From: the human T2T-CHM13v2.0 reference genome, Homo sapiens
DNA length: 64,000 bases
Direction: 5' to 3' (one strand)
Assembly (NCBI RefSeq): GCF_009914755.1
Contig: NC_060934.1
Shown here: piece after piece, positions 48,565 to 64,000 of the stretch
How positions within the stretch are numbered: the stretch's first letter is position 1
How the letters are laid out: each line of letters opens with the position of its first letter
The notes under the pieces: generated by a model
Database searches by the model: none
Seen by the model: the letters and a program-made list of their open reading frames with translations, nothing else
What the model was told of the DNA's origin: nothing
Position numbers and translations under genes: made by a program

Positions 48565-49759
48565 GAAAAATACAAATAATACCAATAAGCACATGAAAAT
48601 AGGTTCAATTTTAATAATCAAGTAAATACAAATTGGGAAAAAATAAAAAGATTTACACTATTTAGTGTGAGAATATGGGGAAATGTGCTCTCATACCTGG
48701 CTGCTGGAATTAAACTGATGTAGTTTTTGTGGGAGGAGTACAACTAGCAGCATCTACCAGAATCTAAAATGTGTGTTCCCCTTAATCTATCAATTTTACA
48801 CTTAGGAATCTCTCATATGTGCATTCAACCGCACAAAGATACAACATACTTGGGCCTGTTACTTAACCTGATTCTTCCTTGGTGATACTGATTCTTGCTT
48901 GGTGAAATGTTTATGACAGTAGTGTATGCCTCATTTCATTGTTATTTTCAAATGAGATAAAGAATACATGGCCTGTACAAAGTAAATTTCAATGAATAGA
49001 TCAAAATCAAATCTTGACGTTACTGTGATCCCCATTTTATTGTGACATGGTTGTTTTATGTACCTATATAGTTATAAATTATAAACAAAATGTCCATCAA
49101 TAGAGAAGTATATATTATGAAAACGCATGTACATATACGTACATATGCACACAAATCTCCAAGAAGCTGTTCAAGCAAAATAGTAAAGTCACAAAATATT
49201 TATAGATTATTTCCCTGTATTTATCCCTCTGCGTGTGTGTGTGTGTAAAGGGAAAGAATGAATGAGTGTTTTATAAAGATTTAAAAGGACGCCAAAGTTT
49301 TATTAATGCCCTAAGTATTGGGCAAAGGGAATAACTGAAGAGGTACTGACACTGTTTTACCCTGTGTTATTCTGTATTGTTTGAATTCTGTCCTTTCTGA
49401 ACAGCCTGTAGAGGTTTAATGTTCCCATTAAAACCAGTGAACTTGCCTCATCCAAAACCACAACAGCTGAACCGTTTGACTTCAATCAATTCTAAGCAAC
49501 TTGGTCATCTGTTTTTTTCAGATTAGAAATGATAGAAGATAATTTATAATCCGTATTTTGCATACCAATGAGGATGAAAGAGACTTACATCTCATTTTTT
49601 TAAAAAGGGACTTAGGATAATGAGCTTAAATTTTTTGAAAAATCATCTTATTCCTAACAATGGCAGATTAATGAAGCATTTCTGAACGAAATTATTTCAT
49701 CATATCTGATTAAGGAACTCTTCATTTGAGAAAGCTATAAAATTTTTATATTCTTCAGT

Positions 49760-52544
<2,785 letters not shown>

Positions 52545-52599
52545 TTTCATATTCTTCAGTGATTCCTTTCATAATACCTGAGTTAATAAAAGTGGTCTG

Positions 52600-52962
<363 letters not shown>

Positions 52963-53521
52963 TTAAGATTAAATATAAGCATCCCTACATAAATGTAAAA
53001 AAACCTATACATAAAAATTAATAATATGCTGACTCAATGGAATTCTCTAAACGATCTTCTGTTGTGAAGATAGTAGCCGCACCGCCCCCCATCTTCCCTG
53101 GGGCATGTCAGGAGAGCAAAACCCCACTCTGCCTGCCCTAACAGCACTGCCAGGGGGTCAGGCTGGCTGGAAAATATCTCACCAGTGTCTGCCTCATTTG
53201 AAATAGTCACTGTCAAAAACCATGACCAGCAGGATACTGTATATATCCTAAAGGAGACCGAGCTACAGGAAACTCCTCTTTACTATGCTACTACTGAATA
53301 AACTGTAGCCTTCTACTTCTAATTCAAGATAAGGAAAACAGCTAAACGCTGGCAATCTTTCAAACTAGTAAAAGCAGAAAAAACTACGGGAAAAGAAAAT
53401 TTTACCAAAACTATTCTCCGTAAGTGATTCCGTCCAAGAAACAAGTGAGGTAGGACTTCAGAAATTTCACCTGCTATGACTGTTATAAAACCATGAAAAG
53501 CAGCAATGTCATTAGTAACAA

Positions 53522-53768
53522 CTAACATTTATTGGGTACTTATATGGGCCCACCTCTGTGCTACAAATTTATAGATATTACATCATTTGCTCCTCAGACA
53601 ACTGCTTATTCCATTTTACAGATAAGGACTTTGAGGCTTAAGAAAGTTAAGTACTTTTTCTTTCAGTTCTATTGGGTACACTAAATATGGCATTTGTTAG
53701 AAGTTAAGTACTTTTTCCCAAATCTAAGGCAAGTTTCACTCCAAAGCCTTGGCTCTTAACCATGACAC
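53522..53768 (-). mobile_element. MIR carrying a templated insertion
   Basis: ctaacatttattgggtactta...ccattttacagataaggactttgaggcttaagaaagttaagtact...ctccaaagccttggctcttaacca. Confidence 0.75.
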
Positions 53769-54432
53769 ATGTCACCATTCCACTACTGTGACTGAGAATC
53801 TGTGAAGACCTGTCATGAGAATCTAATAACAATTATACCCTAAGGTATTGTGTCTAACTTTTATTTTGTTAGTATTTGCCAAAAAAAAAATACTTAATAA
53901 GTCCATCTTTACCCCTAAGAAAATACTGATAGCTTTAAACTAACCCATTTCATTTACTACAAGATTATAATTGGTACTAAAACAGCTCAGCCTTAATTCC
54001 TAAAACATTAAAATATATGTGGTAAAGGTTTCTTTGCCTCTGTTAATGTTTATCCAACTAAAAATATACTTTTAAGTAAGAAAACTGAATGTTTCCAAAG
54101 TTTACAAGCATCTAAAGTTAATTCACAGAAATATTTTTAAATGCTTTTTCAAAAACAAATAAAGCAAATAATATCTCCATAAACATATTAAATAATTTGG
54201 AATTTTCCAGGGGCAAAAATGCGTCATAACTATAAACATACAACTTGTAAAATAACCAACATTTTCACAAAATAATACTTTCTAAAAAACCTTTTTACTA
54301 GCTATGCTCACACCTAACTTTTGCTACTTGTCATTGTTATTTCATACAACTTACAAACAGACAGTATCAACTCTACTTCAAAAAAATGTATTTTGAACTT
54401 TCTGAAATTTCAATTCTCACAAGATGTAATAC

Positions 54433-54448
54433 TTTTTCTTTTTTTTCT

Positions 54449-54480
<32 letters not shown>

Positions 54481-54525
54481 TTTTGAAGACAGAGTCTCGC
54501 TGTCACCCAGGCCACATTGTAGTGG
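54433..54525 (-). mobile_element. Severely 5'-truncated Alu
   Basis: Long T tract plus gacagagtctcgctgtcacccaggc; TSD gtaatac. Confidence 0.75.
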
Positions 54526-55002
54526 GTAATACATTTTTAATGCTATAAATTGTTTCTATATGAAATTTCTCATATATGTTGATTTTGGAATTGAAACAAA
54601 AAAGTAATACCAGATTTTGGAGCAAATGTTTATGCATACAAGTTACGAATAAAGTTGTAACTTTGAAAAAATGAATGTTTGATGCACGAAAATCTACAGA
54701 CTCCAGGCTAACAACTGTTCTAAATTCAGTTTTTCTTCTTGAGTACACTTAATGTAAATTAACCTTTCCATTTCCTCATTTCTTAAGATTAATTTCTGTT
54801 GCAAGGGTTTTAATAAAGTTCAGCGAAAGTTTAACTCAATAAAATCAGCTTCTGAACACATTAATTTAGCCACAAACCTATTTTAGTCAACTTATGATTA
54901 GATTAAAAATCATTCAGACAAATTATTTTGTGTCTTGCATATTTCTCAAAAACAGAAGCATATGCATTTCCCACAATCTTGAATATATTCCTCCCTAAGA
55001 AG

Positions 55003-55003
<1 letters not shown>

Positions 55004-55048
<45 letters not shown>
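55004..55048. repeat. (GT)n microsatellite, about 22 units
   Basis: Seen directly in the sequence. Confidence 0.97.
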
Positions 55049-55049
<1 letters not shown>

Positions 55050-55122
55050 TGTTTGTGGGAGGGCTTATTAAAAAAAAAGACACTAGAAGTTCTATTTAAG
55101 TAACAACACTACTACAAAAAAA

Positions 55123-55431
55123 TTTTTTTTTCTTTTTTTTTTTTTTTTTTTTGACACAAGGTCTCACTCTGTTGCCCAGGCTGGAGTGCAGAAGCGTGAT
55201 TATAGCTCACTGCAGCCTCAGCCTCCTAGGCTCAAACAATCCCACACCTCAGCTTCCCAAGTAGCTGGAAGTACAGGCATGTGACACCATGCCTGGTTAA
55301 TTTTTGTATTTTTTGTACAGACAGTTTCGTCATGTTGCCCAGGCTGGCCTCCAACTCCTGGACTTAAGTCATCCACCCACCTCAGCCTCCCAAAGTGCTG
55401 GGATTACAGGCGTGAGCCACCACACCTGGCC
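55123..55431 (-). mobile_element. AluJ
   Basis: Full diverged dimer. Confidence 0.92.
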
Positions 55432-55790
55432 CAAAAATATTTTAACCTACTTTCTAGTTGTATCTAGTTTATATCATGTCATCAAATTCAATACAACAAA
55501 AATACCTAATTGGATTTTACGATTGTTTTTTCTTCCCAGCCACACTACTTAAGTGAATGGTCAGATAAATTGTATGGTTATAAAATATTTGCTAAAAATA
55601 TCTGTCAGACTATGGACTATGCAGATATCATTTTTCATTTTTATAAACTTAAAACTACACTGTTCATTTTGATAAGAAACAATAGACATGACTGTAGGAA
55701 TGCTGATTTTTTTTTCTTTCGGTTCTATTGAGTACACTGAATATGGCATTTGCTAGAAGTCATTCCCCACCTCCCCACCCCTTCTTGATA

Positions 55791-56092
<302 letters not shown>

Positions 56093-56710
56093 TTTCTCTA
56101 TTGCAGTGTTTCTTAAAGGCTGGTGGGACAACTAAGCTGCTTGCACCATAACTGCCTAGCACCTTGCTAAAAAATTCAGGTTTCTTAGCCCCACAGCTGC
56201 TGATGCAAAATCTCTAAAGAAAGAATTCTGAGGTCCTCAGATGATTAATAAATGATTTGATCTGAAAACCGTTTTTCTACAGTCATTATCCTCAAAGTTA
56301 AACCACAAAATGTTAACTGAATTTAAGAAAAATTGTTAATTTTCGAATTGTACAAATTGAATTTAAATATGTAAGGCACGATCATTAATCAAGAAACAAA
56401 ATGTATTTTTACAGCAATCTCAGTTTTGCATTATATATAATTTTAGCAAAGCAGGAGAAGATGGTAAGAGTATAAAGTAATGCGGAACAGAATGCTGCAG
56501 TTAAGAACTTTTGAGCAAAATGAAAGTATATTAATTAATACCCAGAATTTTCTAGGGTATAATCTAGAGGCGCAAACGTCGATGTGAAGGTTGAGTTCAT
56601 AATATGCCTGGAAATTGCATATGCATAAATAATTTAGTGCTTTTTATGCGCTTAAAAAGACATCAGTCTTCATGTATGAGATCACAGCCATATTAATCTG
56701 GTTTTTAAAA

Positions 56711-57062
<352 letters not shown>

Positions 57063-57164
57063 TCACAAACTCCTATAAATTAGAACTCCTTCTATTATTA
57101 AAATACCCATGTGCAACCAAAACATTAAGAAACAAAGACCCTGAGACATGAAAGTTAACATCAC

Positions 57165-58195
57165 CAGAAAATGGAACAATTTAATATTCCTGCCCAAAGG
57201 TACATAATTAAATCTAATCATTAGGAAACATCAAATGAACTCAAACGGAGGGACCAAACAAACTCAAATGGAGGGACTGTCTATAAAACAACGATCCTGT
57301 ACTGTGGAAAATGTCCAAGTCACGAAAGGTGAAGAAAAACTAAGGAACCACTCTAGACTAAAAGAGATGATAACTAAATGTAATTGCTGACCCTGGATTG
57401 GATCTTGACCCAGAATATACATGTGCATGCATACATACATGTCAATGAGACTGGAATAAGGTCTACCAATTAGATAAAGGTATTGGATTCTTAAACTAAA
57501 TATGGCCTGAGAAGCACTCTGTACTTCTATATTTGAGTCCTTGTGGACGAACTGTAACCTAGCTCAATAGGCGGACAAGATTGATAACCTAACTAGGAGT
57601 ACGCACCTGTAACAACAGCTGAGTCTTGGCCAATCCCAGACGACGTACTTCAACCACTCACAGACTGCTAAGTGTTCAGACTGTGTTCAAGTAAGACAAA
57701 TGCCAATATGTAACCAGTCCAGCTATTTCTGTACCTCACTGCCAATTTCTGTATGCCACTTCCCTTTTTTTGTCTATAAATTTGTTCTGACCACAGGGCA
57801 TCCCTGGAGTCTGTCTGAATCTGCTGATTCTGGGGGCTGCCCGATTCACGAATCGTTGATTGCTCAATTAACCTCCTTTAAATTTAATTTGGCTGAAGTT
57901 CTTCTAATAACAGTATCAGTGTTGATTTCCTGATTTAGGTTATGGTACAGTGGCAAGGTAGCACGATGTCCTTGTTCTTAGGAAATATGCACTGAAGAAA
58001 TTAGGGGTTAATGTTTCAACTTATTCTCAAATGGTTCAGGACATATTATGAACAGAGAGAGAGAAAACTATAGCAAACGGGGCAAAATATGAACAAGTGG
58101 GGAATTCAAGTGAAGGGTTTAGAGGTGCTTTTCCTTCTATTCTTAACAAATTTCCTGTAACTTTGAAATTATTTCAAAATAAAAAATGACCAAAA
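57165..58195 (+). mobile_element. L1MC-type 3' UTR fragment split by a MER57-like LTR
   Basis: aaatctaatcattaggaaacatca...gataactaaatgtaa...; ttcttaggaaatatgcactgaag...tttgaaattatttcaaaataaaa. Confidence 0.65.
57490..57912 (+). mobile_element. MER57-like ERV1 solo LTR
   Basis: ttaaactaaatatggcctgagaag...gggggctgcccgattcacgaatcgttgattgctcaattaa...taaca. Confidence 0.7.
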
Positions 58196-59563
58196 TATTT
58201 TAAAAGCTATAACAGGAACACAAAAAAAATCTAAAATGTTTAGAATATATCTTTAAGCTTCATATCTAAAGGAGAGACCTATGTCTATTTAAATATTTTG
58301 TAAATTTAGACTAAAACTATAAACAAATTGAATTTTAAGTTCTATTCAATGCCTTCATACTAGAAATTACAAAACTGCATTGCTTATTTTTTATTCTATC
58401 AATTATATGTGTAATCCAAATCTAAATGTATGTGAAAGGTAAATACCTCTATACGTCCCATATGCATATGAAAAATATTTTAAATGTTGCCTTTTACAGT
58501 TATTTTTTTTCCTTCAAGGATCTCTTAATGATTTATTGTATTGGTCTCATCAACTATAACTGATTTTGTTATGAAGTAGTTTTAGTCCAGAATTCTGTCG
58601 ATTTAGTGGTGCCCTAATATGCTTATACACATATGAGTAACAAAGAACCCATCCCATCAGATTATCAACACACTGTATTTGTTAAAGCACAGATAATTAT
58701 TTTGCAATATGATTTACTAACCAATCTAACCCAGTAATTTTGCTAAAGGTTTACTGTGTAGGGGAGAGAGAGGTAAGATAAGAGGAAGATGTTAATTCCC
58801 TACAACAGGGCCTGACACACAGTGGGCATGAGATACATATTTGTGAAGAGGAAAAGGGATTATTGCAAAGTTTAGATCATTTGCAATATATCACTAGAAA
58901 CTATGACATTGCAGCATAATAATTAGATGCTTAAAAATATAAAGATGAGAAAATAATGCTTCTGAAAATCTATAGATGTCAAGCAACAAAAACTCTTGGT
59001 GAAAATGACTTTCTTACCTTTCTGGCATGCTTTTTTAAAAAGCTAAAACTATCAAGGATGTTGCTATATTCATGTCGAATTAACATTTTGAAAAATATTT
59101 TTTAAAACTTGCATATTGTATAATATAGCAAGCTATAAAGCTATGAAAATCAAAAAACAATCAGAATATGAAGGAATTGTCACCAAATATAATTGAAAGT
59201 TGCTAGCATCAAAATTTCTTGATCTGTGTTTCAAATGCCCAAGTCTGCAGGACTGTATTCCAAAGTTCTGTCTGATACAAACCCTGACTTGGCTATTGAA
59301 AGTTATGGTCATTTATGGGGAAGGTCAAAAGAAGATGCAGTCACAGAAAACGGTGGAAACCAAAAATAAAAGCCCCGTCCCCCTGCAACACCCAATCATC
59401 TGAATGGACTTCCTCCTCAGCTAGGGCTCTTTTAAAATGTAACCTGAGAGACTGGTTCAGGCCATGACAGGAAGTGGGAGTCAGACATGCCTGATTATAC
59501 ATCTCCAGCATTAAAATCAGCACAGACTTTAAGTCTAAAACATTTTACAACTATTCTCTCTGA

Positions 59564-60311
<748 letters not shown>

Positions 60312-61529
60312 GTCTCCACAACCTCTTATCGCAACCCAGACATTCCTTTCTGTTGAGCCCAGGTTTTTGGATAAACTCAACCAATTGTCAACCAGAACAT
60401 TTTAAAATCTACCTATAAGCTGGAACCCCCACCCCCAAAATTGTCCTGCCTTTCTGGACCAAACCAATGTATTTCTTAAATGTATCTGACTGATGTCTCA
60501 TGCCTCCCTAAAAATGTATAAAACCAACCTGAACCCCGACCACCTTAGACACATGTTCTCAGGACCTCCTAAGGGCTGTGTCATGGGCCATGGTCACTTA
60601 TATTTGGCTCAGAATAAATCTCTTCAAATATTTTACAGAGTTTGACTCTTTTCTGTCAACACAAGTGTAAAGGAATTTCAAATATTTTTTCCTTTTAAAA
60701 TCAAACTACTGTTTAGCACTTCATTTTCCAAACAAATAACGTTTAGAATTGGTCGAATATAGAAGATAAACGAAATTTAAAGTTTAGGTGTACTTTGCAT
60801 ATGTTAAAGGGTCACCAAATAGTTTAATGCATTTTTTATTAAAGTGAATCACAATTCCTACTTCAAGATATTCCACAACATAAGAAGAAAAAGTATTACA
60901 GCCACTTGAAGGCAGTACTAGTTGAATTAATGCACATTTTAGAAATATGATTTAAAATATTTTTTGCAAGATAGGCATCTAATAAAATAAATATGTGAAA
61001 TTCTCATACTATGTAACCAAAGGTAAAGACTCCCTGACAATTTCTTCCATATAAAAATCCAAGATGAAACTGATCACATAGAGTAAGAGCAGAATGAATG
61101 TTAGATCTTTTGAGAACTAGTAACTTAATCCATATTGCTCAACGAAACAGTCAGCTGCAGAGGAAACATTACAACGTAATGTAATAAAAGAAATAGCACC
61201 TTTGAAAAACCAAGTTATTTAAAGTAAAGGTTTGCAAAAATGTTCTGAACTACAAATCTCTGTGTGAAAATAATCTGTAAAGGAGGTGGTAACACAAAAT
61301 CAAGTAATTTTTAGAAGTGTAATGTTATGTGTTGATTATAAATGGAAACAATACAGAACATTTAAAGCCAAAATTACACCTAGATATCTATAGTGGGGAA
61401 AAAAAGTTCCTTTTCTTTGAAAGTCACATATTTAATATTCTCTCAAAAACTGGGTTAGTAAATCAACATACTTGAATAAAGGAGGGAAATTTTTTAAAGG
61501 ACCTATTTACAAATTAAGGCAGTTATGAA

Positions 61530-62867
<1,338 letters not shown>

Positions 62868-62950
62868 TTAATCATCCTTTTCTACAATCACCTCTCCATG
62901 AAGCACCTTTCTTCTTTGACGTAACATATGAAAATAGAGTTGTGGAAACA
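62868..62950 (-). CDS. HACD1: HACD1 (PTPLA, very-long-chain 3-hydroxyacyl-CoA dehydratase 1), terminal coding exon
   Basis: After the acceptor ...ttttctttttcaatgaag (AG at 62952-62951), the minus strand reads TG + [26 protein letters not shown] + TAA (62870-62868). This matches the recalled HACD1 C-terminus (...[30 protein letters not shown]). Upstream exons lie beyond the window. Confidence 0.95.

Positions 62951-64000
<1,050 letters not shown>

Overview
Primate, almost certainly human, genomic DNA that is mostly intergenic and repeat-dense: about 55 Alu copies or fragments, about 23 solo or fragmentary ERV/MaLR LTRs, L1/L2/CR1/MIR pieces and a few DNA transposons. Two gene-derived items are recognisable. 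The first is the last coding exon and 3' UTR of HACD1 (PTPLA) on the minus strand at the right end (CDS part 62868-62950). The second is a processed pseudogene of PRPF38A on the plus strand (about 49760-52544), with three frameshifts, five premature stops, a 16-bp flanking duplication and a later Alu insertion. From recall this would be human 10p12, downstream of HACD1; that placement was not checked. Nearly all ORFs in the supplied track are Alu, L1 or low-complexity artefacts. I see no new multi-gene system. The most unusual signals are small-scale genome-dynamics scars: (1) a 40-nt locally templated insertion inside a perfect 17-bp duplication (53644-53717), whose geometry fits reverse transcription of HACD1-strand read-through RNA; (2) an MLT2A LTR whose TA tract became a perfect 92-bp palindrome, a 30-bp VNTR and repeated/inverted copies of the LTR end; (3) an L1PA with an 18-nt twin-priming inversion; (4) multi-level nested insertions, including an LTR2 (HERV-E type) solo LTR facing the HACD1 3' end. 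Repeat subfamily names come from memory of consensus sequences, and boundaries are approximate unless a TSD is given.
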